From: Camelus dromedarius | Taxonomy: Eukaryota | NCBI RefSeq assembly: GCF_036321535.1 | Contig: NC_087436.1 | Span: 24,740,001 to 24,804,000 of the forward strand | Length of the DNA: 64,000 bases | Reading direction: 5' to 3' | Shown: piece by piece, positions 38,410 through 50,193 of the stretch | How the letters are laid out: every line of letters starts with the position of its first letter | Position numbering within the stretch: position 1 is the first letter of the stretch | Made by a program: the position numbers and the translations under genes | Notes under the pieces: model-generated | Databases searched by the model: none | What the model was told of the DNA's origin: nothing | What the model saw: the letters and a program-made list of their open reading frames with translations, nothing else

Positions 38410-38885
38410 CCCTGCCCCTCAAACCCAGTAATACTTAACAAGAAACAAATGAAACACTCAAATTAGGATAGTTCAAGGAAAGTCTAAAGAGTTTTATTTA
38501 CAAGGGGATGGGGTTGATAGAAACCAGAAGGGATAGCTCAGGAAACTGGAGTTGCAACATTTGAGCTGTTACCACTCCTGGGACTCACAGGAGGTGAGAT
38601 GGAGAGGTTACTGAACCAGATACCAAACCCATAAGAGGAAAGAGTTTCGTAGAGTGTGCCCTTTCAAGAGATGAGTAGTGATCTTCAATTAAGGCATCAG
38701 CCACCTCCAGTGAACCTTATAGGGAAGCAGCCAGGGAGATGCATGCTCTTCTTCTCCTTTCTTCCTTTCTCTGATTTCCTGTTAGGTCTTCGCATTGGCC
38801 AGAGGGCACTGGAGCACTGCTGATGTGGTCCAAGAAGGGAAGAGTAAAGGTGAAAAGCACGTCTCCACTAAATGGAAGACATACT
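38410..38885 (-). mobile_element. ERVL LTR (LTR33-like)
   Basis: AAGAAACAAATGAAACACTCAAATTAGGATAGTTCAAGG...GCTGTTACCACTCCTGGG...GGCCAGAGGGCACTGGAGCACTGCTGATGTGGTCC. Confidence 0.65.
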
Positions 38886-39411
38886 GCCCACCAACCTAAT
38901 CTACCGAATGAGTACAGAGTCAATCAAATAGACTTTTACTTTCTTGATAACACTCAGCTGAGACCAGCTGTGCTGCAAGAATGGTAGTTTAGAGCAAGTG
39001 GGCATGTCTAGAAGGACAGGCTTCTGTGCAAGGATTAGATGTGGCCAGAAGACAGCACAAGGGGTCAGGATGACTTGGTAGCCGGGGGAAAACCTTTGTC
39101 TGGATGGACAAAGGATAAGGCTTGAGGTGGGAGAGCAAAAAGGATGCTGTACATGTTTTGTAGTTGGAAAAAGCACTACAGAATCCACTCCCCTAATTTG
39201 ACTATGGGAGAGACTGAGACTCAGAGAGGTTATGGGTAAATTCGAGGTCACATGCGAGTTATTGCAGAGTCAGAGTACAAATCAAGTCCATTAACTTGCT
39301 GCCCACTCAACTTTTCTCTGTTGCACCCTGTCTCCTAAACAAATATCACCAACTTAACATTTTGCCAAGGCTTCTCTTGATAGCGGCTCCTTTATGTATT
39401 AGCTACATTTT

Positions 39412-40122
39412 TCTTCTTTTTTTTCCAAACTGAAGTATAATTGATTTACAATATTATATTAGTTTCAGGTGTACAGCATAGTGATTCAATATTTTTATAG
39501 AATATACTCCATTTAAAGTTATTTCAAAATAATGGCTATATTTCTCTGTGCTGTACAATATATCCTTGTTGCATATCAATTTTATACATAGTAGTTTGTA
39601 TCTCTTAAGTCCCTACCCCTTTATTGCCCTTTCCCCTTTCCTCTCCCCACTTGTAACCACTAATTTGTTTTTATATCTGTGAATCTGTTTCTGTTTTGTT
39701 ATATATATTCATTAGTTTTATTTTTTAGATTCCACATATAAGTGATAACATACAGTATTTGTCTTTGTCTGACTTATTTCACTAAGCATAATACTCTCTG
39801 GGTCCATCCACATTGTTGCAGATGGCAGAATTTCATTATTTTTATGGCCAAGTAATATTCCATTGTGTGTGTGTATATATATACACACACCACATCTTCT
39901 TTATGCATTCATTTGTTGATGGACACTCAGGTTGCTTCCATATCACGGCTGTTGTAAGTAATCCTACTGTTAACATTGGGATGCATATATCTTTTCAGAT
40001 TAGTGTTTTTGGTTTTTGTTTGTTTGTTTTTTGGATATATACCCAGGAGTGGAATTGCTGGATTGTATGGTAGTTCTGTTTTTTGTTTTTTGAGGAAATT
40101 CCATACTGTTTTCCATAGTGGC
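39412..40122 (-). mobile_element. L1 3' fragment (ORF2 end plus 3'UTR) with TSD
   Basis: TGAAGTATAATTGATTTACAAT...TATACCCAGGAGTGGAATTGCTGG...TTTTCCATAGTGGC. Exact 13-bp TSD TTAGCTACATTTT at 39399-39411 and 40123-40135. Confidence 0.93.
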
Positions 40123-40349
40123 TTAGCTACATTTTGAATGCCATTTCCTGTGTTTCAGGCAGAAAACTATATGAAAGTATACTTGGAAGCTACCTAATGC
40201 TCATTATATATATCTATTTATCTCTCTCTGTGTCTATCCATCTGTCTATCATCTATCTGTCAGTCATCTATCAGCACTGTGGTAGGTGTCAGGATACTTA
40301 TAAGGGAAATGATAGTCATGGTGTCTGCCCTCAAGTGTTTTACCAACTG

Positions 40350-40800
40350 CACTGACTCATGTATGGCTTTGACCATCACTCTCTGTTTTCTGAGGCATTT
40401 TTCTTGGTTTTGGTGAGAGTCTGCTCCTTAGTCTTCTCCTGGTCCTCTGGTACTCCTTCCTCATGGAACCCTGTCCTTGATTCTTTCTTTGGTTTCTGTG
40501 ATGCCATCTGGTTTTTTTCTCCTGCTTTGCTTTTACACTTGTTCACTGCTCCCTCTCATTCTGTTTGTGGGTCTGAATGTTGGTGTTTCCTGAGATGTGT
40601 TCATAGGCCTTTTCTCTATGGATTCCTTACCTGAGACGAGGTGATCTTCCAGAAAGGAATTGGGCGCAAAACCTCCAGTTCGCTGAACTTAACATTGACT
40701 GATCTCGAAAAACTGTGAATGCGGAGGAGTGAGACATCTCTAAGTGATGTGTGTGCTTCTGAGATAAAAACAGAAAGCACAGTGACATCCGAAAGCACAG
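40350..40800 (+). mobile_element. Highly degraded L2 ORF2 fragment
   Basis: TTTGACCATCACTCTCT..., AGGTGATCT..., GACATCTCTAAGTGATGT resemble the L2 RT region. Confidence 0.45.
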
Positions 40801-43800
40801 ACTATGCTGGGAGCTCCTCTATCTGATAATTACTGTTAGAATGCATTCAAATCTCCCTTTGGAGCCAAAATGTCCTCTGAAAAATCATAATGGCCACAAA
40901 ACCTTGGACCTCATGAAAATTTAGAAACGGAAAATAGAGATAGTGAAGAAATGACCTGAGGTGGAGAAAATAGAACCTTAAACAAAATTATAAATTATGC
41001 ATTAAAATAAGTTAAATATGAAATTGAAGTTCTACCATATTCCATGCTGAGCTGTGGACAAATACCAGTTCAGCTCAGTAATAAATGAGGATGTGTTTTT
41101 GGCACATGACTTTTGTCCTAGAGGTACAGAGGTATGCCATGTAAGTTAGTTACTGAATGAATAAGTTAAGACAAAAAGATGAGGTCATAGTCAGTTTGTT
41201 TATTCATATTGGAATATTTTCCACCTGTTTTCTCCTTTCTGATGTTTCAGAGTACACACGGTGATTTGAATTCCAAGATTTTTGATACAAGAAGGCTGGT
41301 AGTGACATTTTACACAAAGAATCAAGCTTTGAGAAACTGAAATCTTACAATAAACCTCTATCATCATATAACATAAGCAGATATTCAATGCGTGTTCTCT
41401 GGTGGAATATACAATTACACATACAGTGTGGGAACAGCAGAGCAGACAATACCCCTGGAGCCAGCTCTGTATGCTTGTCTAGCTGGAACCTCACTTTTTT
41501 TTTTTTTTCCAGCCTTTTTGACGCCATAGTTTTCCTGGATTTGCTTCCAAGAAAGGAGGCTGTCTTTGCCAAGCTATGAGACTTTAAAGAAGATTACCAA
41601 GCTTAGCTGCCATTTTAGGATTCAGACATTCATTCCATGCTGTATTACCTAGGGAGAGGGGGAAAAAACGAGACAGACTTTTCATGTCCATAAAGTACAA
41701 TGGGCATTAAAGCTAACGGACAGAAGGAGAGATTTGGGCTGTGGACTCGCCTTGTGCGGGACAGACGACATACCTTTTCATTGTGTCTTTGCTGATGGAG
41801 AGGCAGTGACTGAATGCTCCCCCAGGAGTGGGGCATGATTACCACCCCTGGCCTCATCGGGGTCAAGATATAAAAGTGGGTGCTTAGAAGAGTCAGCAGG
41901 TCTGATTAATATCCTCTAGGTGGTACTTATGAGGCATTTTGGGCTCGTCAAATGGCTAATGATAAAGTACATGGTGCAATTTGTGTTTCTACTGCAGGCC
42001 AATTAAGAAGGGGGAGAGAGAATGGTAAGTAAAACATGTCCTTGCCAAGTAGAAACAAGAGTCATAAGCAGCAGGAGGAGGGGAAAAAAAAGATACACAG
42101 AAAAGAAATAGGCAGCTACTTAAAGCAGTTAAAAGGGTCAAGCATCTCATGTCTTCTTGTCCACCCCCTGCCAGAAAAGTCCCTTTTCCTGCTGGTTTGT
42201 CGGGCAGTAGAGATTTTCAAAGGGGAATAATTGTGTGGTAACATATGTTCATCCAGACATAGACTGGTGAGTTTAAAATCAAATAGTATTTTTTAAAAAG
42301 CTGTTTGAAGAGGAAATGATGTTTCTCGCCATCCTTATCAGAGTTCTATAAGGCTTGCATTTTCTGGTTTTGTGATTTAGCCTTCCCTCCTAGATCTGTT
42401 TCTATTCTGCCTTTATAAAGCCAGAGAGAAACGCTTTCAGAAAACTTTTATCATTTGATTATTATGTTTTTCCAGCTTCACTGAGGGCAAGTTTTTGAGT
42501 GTGGGTTTATAAAAACTCACCACCTCTGTAATGTTGGGGGTGTACCACTCATTCCACGGAATTCTTTTGGGGCATGTCCTGACCAGGCTGCTTCTTCACT
42601 TACTATTATTTTCTTTAGGTGCCTGGGATTGCTGGAGACAATAAGGAGTAAGAGAGAGCCGGAGGAAGGGAAGGAGAGAGAAAATGAGAAATATATCAGG
42701 CATTATTTAATACAGTAAGGGGAGAGAGAGGAAGGAGGAAGGGTAGAAGCAGGAATCAATGGAAAATGTTAGTAATCTGAACAACCAAGAATAGTATCTT
42801 GCTACTTAAAACAAATGATAGGAAACAAATTCATCAGTACTGCTGACTGTCCGTGGTTAGGAGGGGCAGAGAACCAGAGAGGGTAAATATGCCAAGTGTA
42901 TGAATATCCAAATGAATTCAGTCACTTAGGATGTAATGATTGCTCCTGAGACAGGGGGAAAAAGTAGAAGAAAATTTGTAGGTGATTTAAGCCCTAACTG
43001 CTACTATTGGAAAAAAAGAGGGGTGAAATAGAGGTAGGAATATGGGTGAAATATCAATTTCTGGTTGGCCATTTAAAGTCACTGGAATTCCCTGGCTATT
43101 TTCTCATCCATCTTTTTTTCTCTATCCATTCTATTTTGACTTTACTTTTTCAAAGACAGTTTTGAGCTTTATCTTTTTAACTGATTCTAAAAATGCAGCC
43201 CAAGTCTCAGCCCTATTCCTTCCTGCCCCAAGGATCCCAGTTCTGTAGTCCTTGGGGGCAAGTGGTATGTGTCTCACATCCCTTTCTGTGTTGTGCCCCC
43301 GACATCTGTTTGCCTGAGTCGTCCTCAACCCTGGGTTCTTATGGGTGAAAAAGAGTGGCCGCGTGAACAGTGAGAGGGGGTAAGTGTGAGCTACTCCTGT
43401 GACCTTGCTCTCAGGTTATCTCAGAGCTAATCCACAATTGTTAGCAAGCAGGAGCAAAACCACACAATCCACCTAACCTCTTCTGTAAATTCATTGAAGT
43501 CCTGTCGTTTCTCCTCTTAAGGCCTCCAACCATAGTGTCATGAAAGGTTCACTTGAAACCCCTCTGAATTCTTGAGACAACATTCTGTCACCCTTTGTGT
43601 CAGCAACAGGCACCCAGAAGTCTTTAAACTGGTGGCTGGATGCAAGACTGTTTAGGGATCAAGACTCAGGGAACATCCCGGAAAATACAGCCCTTGGGCT
43701 GCTCTCATTACTTTTTACTCTGTTTGAGCAAAGGGAAGAGGTGTCTCTAAAACATTTTAGCCAATTCACAAATTTGAATTCTACAAATTTCACCAGTGAT

Positions 43801-44109
43801 TGCCCATTTCTAATACACATTATGCTCATTAACAACCCATTAATTTCCCCTATGAAAACCCATTTCTGAAATTCAGTATGCTAATTAGCAAAACCATTTC
43901 TTGTTCATTAGGGATGTGGATTACAGAAGGGCTTTTAGTAATCGCCTCCGGAGTGTGGTCTTTCTGATAAAATGCTAGCTGACCGCCCCAGAGCGTGGAT
44001 TCTTGATTAGAACAATTGTCTCCTTCTAGGGAATAGCCTAAATGATAAAGAAAAAAAAATGCACATCTATAGTATACTATATTCGCTACAGTATTTAGTA
44101 AGTTACAGA

Positions 44110-44446
44110 TAAGATAGCACATGTCAATATACATCTTTATATTTTAAGTTTAATGGCTGTATGGCATTAATTGTGTGTGTGCCACAATAACTAATTCCCT
44201 TTTGTTGGATGTTTAGGTTGGAACATCCTTATTTTCACTTCTTTGTATGGTTTCTTCCTTAAAATGAATTCCTAGAAATGGAATTGCTGGGTCAAAGTTA
44301 TGTATGTTTAAATTTTGATACGTGTTGCTAACTGCTTTCCAGAAGGGATTATCTTGATTTAGATGGAGGGCATGTGAGAATGTGAATTTTCTTAGGCACC
44401 CATCAATATTTGGTATTGTCATTATTTTTAATCTTTGCCAATCTTG
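44110..44446 (-). mobile_element. Old L1M fragment (continues at ~45380-45440 after the L2)
   Basis: TGTTGGATGTTTAGGTTG...TTCCTAGAAATGGAATTGCTGGGTCAAAG...TTTTAATCTTTGCCAATCT. Confidence 0.75.
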
Positions 44447-45378
44447 GTCACCTCAGTCAGAGTCATGGCCTTAAATTCCATCCATATGCTGATGATTCCC
44501 AAATGCTCATCTCTAGTTCAGAAATGGAAGAGAGTATTGAAATTTACCTTGTAGATCTGGCAGACTGTTTGACATCTCCACTTGAAATTTTAGTATCTAA
44601 ATCTGTTTCACTCATGGCTTTCCCATCACAGTTCATGGCTACTCCACACTTCTCATTGCTCAGACTAAAACCCCTGATGCCCTCTGACTCAGTGTTCAGA
44701 CACCACATCCAATCCTCTGCCCTCACATGGCCCAAGTCACTGCCACCTCTCACCTGGATCAGTGCAATAGTCCCCAAAGAAGCGGTCCTACTTCCAGGAG
44801 GGTCTAGTCTCAACATGGAAGCTAGCGTGGTTCTGATAAGTTGTGAGATAATATCACCCCCTAGTCAAACCCTCCAATGCCATCCCATCATCCCATTCAT
44901 TGTAAAATCCTGAATCCTTGCAATGGTCGTCAGGACCTAGGTGATATGGCCTCCCTCCCACCTATTTCCACTCTTACCCTTGTTTTCTCCCCTTCTGGCC
45001 ATACTGGCCACGTTGCTTACACATCAGGCAGCTCCTGCCTCAGGACTTCATGCTGGCTCTAAGCTCTGTCTGGATCACTAGCCTGGCTCTATAGGGAGAC
45101 CTTCCCCAATGATCCCATTTAAAATGCCACCTGTCCCACCTTTCAATATCCCTTGTCCCCTTTTCCCAGCTTTACCTTATTTCATAGCACTTTCCCAGTA
45201 CATGATGTAGTTTACTTATTCATCTTCTTTACTGCTTATCTGGACCCAATGAAATGTAAATGTCACAAGGATAGGACTTTCTTTCTGCTTTCTTTATCCT
45301 GGGTTTCCTAGCTCTTAGTGTAATCCTTGTCACATAATTGGGCACTTGGCAAAAGTTTGCTGAGGAAGTGAATGCAGG
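44447..45378 (+). mobile_element. L2 (L2a-like) 3' portion with reverse transcriptase remnant
   Basis: ORF 44410-44913 carries SHGLKFHPYADDSQ (YADD at 44485-44496). L2 3' end GGGCACTTGGCAAAAGTTTGCTGAGGAAGTGAATG. Confidence 0.85.
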
Positions 45379-45807
45379 AATCTGATAGTTAAAAAATTAA
45401 ACTTCATTTTGATTTACATTTTTTGATTACCAGTGGGAGAAATTTGAATAATCTTCTTCTACAGAAGGCCTTTCTGAGCTTAATACTCAGTTCACAGAGC
45501 ATGAAGGGAAAAAAATGATAGTTTGACTGATTACAAATTTAAAACTTCTGCAGAGAAAAACATCCTTACTGCGAACAGGACTGGCAAATAGGAAATCTAT
45601 TTGCAATATGTAGTTTGGAAAAAAAGGTTAATAACCCCAAAACACAAAGAGTGCTTACAAATCAATAAAAAAGATGAATGTAGGAATAGAAAAATGAAGA
45701 ACTGGCCATTCAGTTCTCCTTCATTTCTCCTTAATTTTCTCCTTCATTCAAGACAAGAAATACAAAGCAGTATCTGAAAAATGTTTATCATCACTTCACT
45801 TTTTCTT

Positions 45808-45967
45808 TTTTTGTGGGGGGGTGTGTGGGGAGGGAGGTAATTAGGTTTATTTACTTACCTATTTTTAATTAATTAATTTATTTTTAATGGAGGTACTGGG
45901 GATTGAACCCAGGATCTCATGCATGCTAAGCATGCGCTCTACCACTGAGCTATAATATCCTACCCCC
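45808..45967 (-). mobile_element. tRNA-Ala-derived camelid SINE (Vic-1 like)
   Basis: GGAGGTACTGGGGATTGAACCCAGG...CTCTACCACTGAGCTATA. 16-bp TSD CACTT(C/A)ACTTTTTCTT at 45792-45807 and 45968-45983. Confidence 0.92.
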
Positions 45968-46798
45968 CACTTAACTTTTTCTTAAATGTACTTGCTTTGT
46001 TTTTTTTTGTACTTGCTTTAAATCAGAAAGAATTTTCATTTCCTCTTGCTTTCAGTGTCATCTTCCCTGAATTTAATTTCCAAGAAACTTTCTTATTTTC
46101 TTTAACAACCCCAGTGTATTGCCAACTGTTTTTTCCCTTAGCAAATAGAGCCCCATATCCTGTCTCCCTCAGTTTTGCAATTGCCTCCCCACCTTCACAC
46201 TCCTTGTCCCCCCAAATACTCTATTATCATGGGCAAAACTCCCTCCCCAGAGCTATACTGCTAGGCACAATGCTTTCCTTTACAATCGAGAAAGAATTGG
46301 CATGTGGGGACCAATGCTATGCTTGTATATTTAGTAGCAGTTCTATTACAAATATTTTGAATCACACAAAATGTGCAGATTTGCTATTTCAACAACGATA
46401 AAGACCTGCTTGACTTGCCTCGCATTTAATGGGCAAACGTGCCAGGAATGCTGATTGAAGATATTTGGCTGTGGAGTTTCCCAAGCTTGTTTTGCACAAA
46501 GTTTGTCAACTTATGCTCTGAAATTATTTTTCTTTCGTGCATGCCCAACGCAGTGCCCTTGTCTCATTTTGGAATGAGCATTGTGTCTTATCTCGAAATG
46601 TGTGTCTCCAAAGATGAGGAGAGATGAAATGGGAGTGCATCATTAACCAGGAAACGCAGGAGTGGAAATAAGTAGCAAGCACAACCAGCATAGACTACTA
46701 AACGAAGATGGTTTTGAGACTTTGATAATGAGAGAATCCTCTGGCAAACACCCACTCTCCACTCTAATTGGACCGGCCCAATATTCCCAGAAGAAAAG

Positions 46799-47267
46799 TG
46801 TGGTAAACAGAATAGCACTGCCACCTCCCTCCCCGTTTCTAATCCCCAGAACCAGTGAATCTGTTATTTCACTCGGCAAGGGGACTCTGAGATGTGATTG
46901 TATTAAGGATCTTCCAATGGGGGAGATTATCCTGGCTAATCCTGGTGGGGCCCATGCAATCACCAGGGTCCTTTTAAGTGAAAGAGGAAGGCAGGGGAGT
47001 CAGAATCAGGAAAGCAGAGATGGGAGTGATGGGGTCACTGGGGGCCGCCTGCCAAGGCATGCAGGCCACCTCTAGAAGCTGGAAAAGGCAGGGAAACAGA
47101 TTCTCCTTTGAGCCTCTGTCAGGAACACAGGTCTGCCAACACCTTGGTGTTAGTCCTGTAAGACCTCTTTTGAACATCTGACCTCTTGAACTTTAAGATA
47201 AATTTGTGTTGTTTGAAGGTACTAAATCTGGGGTGATTTGTTACATCAGGAAGAGGAAATTGATACA
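46799..47267 (+). mobile_element. MaLR solo LTR (MLT1D-like)
   Basis: TGTGGTAAACAGAATA...GATACA termini and degenerate 5-bp TSD AAAAG/AAGAG. Internal AAGCTGGAAAAGGCAGGGAAACAGATTCTCC. Confidence 0.88.
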
Positions 47268-47546
47268 AAGAGGATCAATCCTTTTCCCTTATTTCCCTGC
47301 TAATGCTCATCTCTCGCAGGGATATCTGGGAGGTGTGGTGGGAAGTAGGGCCCCTGTCAGGTGTACCTTCCATTCGAGATCACAGCGTGAGGGCCACAGC
47401 TCTCAGGTCTGGTTGCACAGCAGAAGCACCTGTGGACCTTTTTAAAACTCTAGTTGCCCAACTCTTCCCCACACCTATTGAATTTCATTCTCCAGCACTG
47501 GGAGTCTAGATTTGGGTACTTAATTCTTAGGTTCCAGAGTTGACAG

Positions 47547-48085
47547 TGAGATTAGGAAACAGGGTCTCTGGCAGTTAGTTGCAGCTGCTGGTGCCTAAGC
47601 TTCCCAACCTATAACACAGACCTTCCCAAAGGAGCACCTTCTGAAATAGGTTGGGACATGGGACCCTTTCTTTACTGTAGTGCTTGCACTGGACATGTGT
47701 CTCCAGGAGCAACAGGATACAAAGAAACTATAAAGTACTAAAAATAACTGTGCATGTGCAGTTGGGGCCAATTATGAGAAACAAGATACAAAGAGACCAA
47801 AAATCCAACCACCATTTCTGAGGTGCAAAAGCAGGGTACTGCACAAAGTCCCTGCACACAACCCCACCAAGGGGGTGGGCAGACCCACTGTTCTGCCCCT
47901 ACCCTCACCCCATTTAAGGGACCAGCTTGTCCTCTCCCACGCCAGGGAGTGAGCAAGGAAACCTGTTACTTGTTTTTGCTTCCTTGTGCTGCAGCATGAG
48001 TCCCAATAAAACCTTGCCTGAATTTTCCTCTGGCCACTTACCAATTTCTATTGATCACAAAATCCAGGAACCTGGGTCAGTAACA
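47547..48085 (+). mobile_element. ERV1-class solo LTR (MER41-like, cetartiodactyl)
   Basis: TGAGATTAGG...GTGCATGTGCAGTTGGGGCCAATTATG...CCCAATAAAACCTTGCCTGAATTT...GGGTCAGTAACA. Left boundary is approximate and no clean TSD is visible. Confidence 0.7.
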
Positions 48086-48513
48086 CCTCTAGTTGGACCG
48101 AAAATCCATTGTCCTCACCCCATCAGTCTCTCAGAACAGCCCAGGTGAAACAGCTGAAGAATTTCAAACCTAAACTTCTTCCTGCCACCCTCTGAGAGGA
48201 AGTGCGTGTTAAGAGATGCAGGTCACTATTGTCAGGAAGATTCAAGGTTGGCATTTTCTCCATCCTGAGTGCCTGGCTCTGCATTACATTGTTAGTGTTT
48301 TTTTGGTTTTTTTTTTCATTCTTTTTTTAAAGGAAGGAAATGAAAAAGAACAGAAAAAAAGGGAGTGTTTATGTGCATAAAAAGTTACTTTGTAGGAGGA
48401 ATCTGACAGTGCTTTTATTCTGAAAAGGAGTGAGAGTTCTATTCAGATTTGTCACTGGTTAAGATCAGTCCAGGACAGAATGCATGGAAAGGATGGTCAA
48501 AGAAGTTGGCTCC

Positions 48514-48553
48514 TCATGCTCTTATATGACGTCATGCTCATGTATGACGTCAT
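48514..48553. promoter_or_regulatory. Twin palindromic CRE sites (ATGACGTCAT x2)
   Basis: ATGACGTCAT at 48526-48535 and 48544-48553, within an 18-bp tandem duplication. Motif match only. Confidence 0.5.
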
Positions 48554-49589
48554 TGTGCTACAATTAGTTATAGGGAAGGAAAATAAAAAGTTGAGCAGAT
48601 CATTAAGTCCTAAATAAATTGACCCCTCACTGTTTCAAAGATGCTTCAGGTCAGAGCTGAAGCGGAGGGCTCCTTTTCTTCTCTGTGAATGCCCACGGAC
48701 TGGGAAGTACAGGGCGATTTCGTTGCTACTCTGTGGTTTCCAGGAGCATTAGAGAGATGAGGTGCCTCATTCCCAGAGGAAACCCAAAAAGGGAAAGTAG
48801 AGGTAGCTCCTGGTGCCTGCAGGGAAGGGGCAGGGATGGGGTTCCAGGATGACTTAAGGGTCATGAAGTTATGGATGGTGTCTGGCCAGGGGTCAATGGG
48901 GCTTATTTTGTTTGAAAAATTGGCCCAAGCAGTAGACGTGTCTAAGGATGTCTTAGAAGCAAGGCACTGGGAAATTTAGGGTGAGGAAGCACAATCTCAC
49001 GGTTTTTTTGGTTCAGGAAAAAGGCGGACTGAAATCCTTCTCCTGGATTTGTCACTCACGTTTTCATTTCACTGAAAGCTTTTCTAGACTTTTATTTTTC
49101 CTTGATGCAAAACTTTCATTCTTGGATACGTCTTCAAAGAAGGAGAGACATGGAAAAGGAAGTATGAATTTTCTTGGAAGCTCCCAAGATAGGTTACTTA
49201 TCAAAGTAAATAAATGTGTTATCATTTTCTTCCTTGAGGAAAACAATATTTATTTGCAGGAGAAAAGGATACATTTGTTGGGTGATGGCTCTGTTACCAT
49301 GGAGACATACAAATTAAAAAAAAATAAGAAAAATGGTTGGTACAACGTATTGGGGACAGTGAACAGGCAACATATGGAGTGCTGTGGCCGCAGTATGGCG
49401 CTGCTGCAACATTTCTCTGGGGCACCTAACCCAGGTTTGGGAGGGTTGTCTCTGGTTTGGGATCATTTTTAGAGCCATCTCAGAACTGGAGGTCTATTCT
49501 GGGGCCCTACTCACTCTACAGGTGCTGCCCTAAATTGCTAGAATTCATTTATAAATGCTTTCGCTCACTTATTCTTTTTTTTTTTTTTT

Positions 49590-50015
49590 TTTTTTCATTC
49601 CTTCACTTAGTGTTCTTCAGTGCCTATAGTTCCCAGGCTCTGCTCCAAGCACTGGTGAATAAAACAGACACCGACCCTTCCTTTACCAAGCTGATGGGTA
49701 GGCGGAAGGTGGGATGGTCTAGAAATAAATAGAACTACCCAGGATAGCGAGGTGAAGGGAGCGGTGGGATCATTCAGCGGGAGGAGGCCTTTCTCTCTCC
49801 GGGGGAGGTGCTGACACCTGACTGACGGGAGTGGGATTCAGGGGCGGGGCGTGCGGGGCGTGCGGGGCGTGCGGGGCGTGCGGGGCGTGCGGGGCGTGCG
49901 GGGCGTGCGGGGCGTGCGGGGCGTGCGTCACGGGCTGAGTGAGCAGCATGGCGTCTGGGCAGGTCCTGAGGTGAGGGAGAACCTTAGGAGGGATGGACGG
50001 AAGGTCAGAATGACT
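49590..50015 (-). mobile_element. L2 3' fragment hosting the GC-rich VNTR
   Basis: TTCATTCCTTCACTTAGTG..CAGTGCCTATAGTTCCCAGGCTCTGCTCCAAGCACTGGTGAATAAAACAGAC...GAGGCCTTTCT...GAGCAGCATGG..CAGGTCCTGAGGTGAG. Confidence 0.6.
49846..49926. repeat. Perfect minisatellite (GGGGCGTGC)9
   Basis: Nine identical 9-bp units, counted directly. Confidence 0.97.
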
Positions 50016-50193
50016 GGAGGGGAGACTGGGGGAGCGGGAGACTGGGGCAGACTGTATCCTTCTGAGCTCCCGAGGCTGAGCGGACTTGAAACCGGGCTAG
50101 CCCTCCCCGCTCCCGTTAACTCTTCGGTTCTTCTTTGGTCTTCAGTTTGGAGGGACTGAGTGAAGTTTTCTGCAGGAATTTAGGGTTGTCTCT

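Noticed and set aside
40631..40758. 128-nt minus-strand exon-like segment with good splice sites and two open frames
   Set aside because: It appears to lie antisense to a degraded L2 and matches no protein I recognise; probably a pseudo-exon.
44410..44913. 167-aa ORF with YADD as an active or novel reverse transcriptase
   Set aside because: A small degenerate piece of L2 ORF2 lacking the upstream RT motifs.
49851..50159. ORF with an RGV repeat (RGG-like protein)
   Set aside because: Translation of the 9-bp VNTR from a GTG start inside an L2 fossil.
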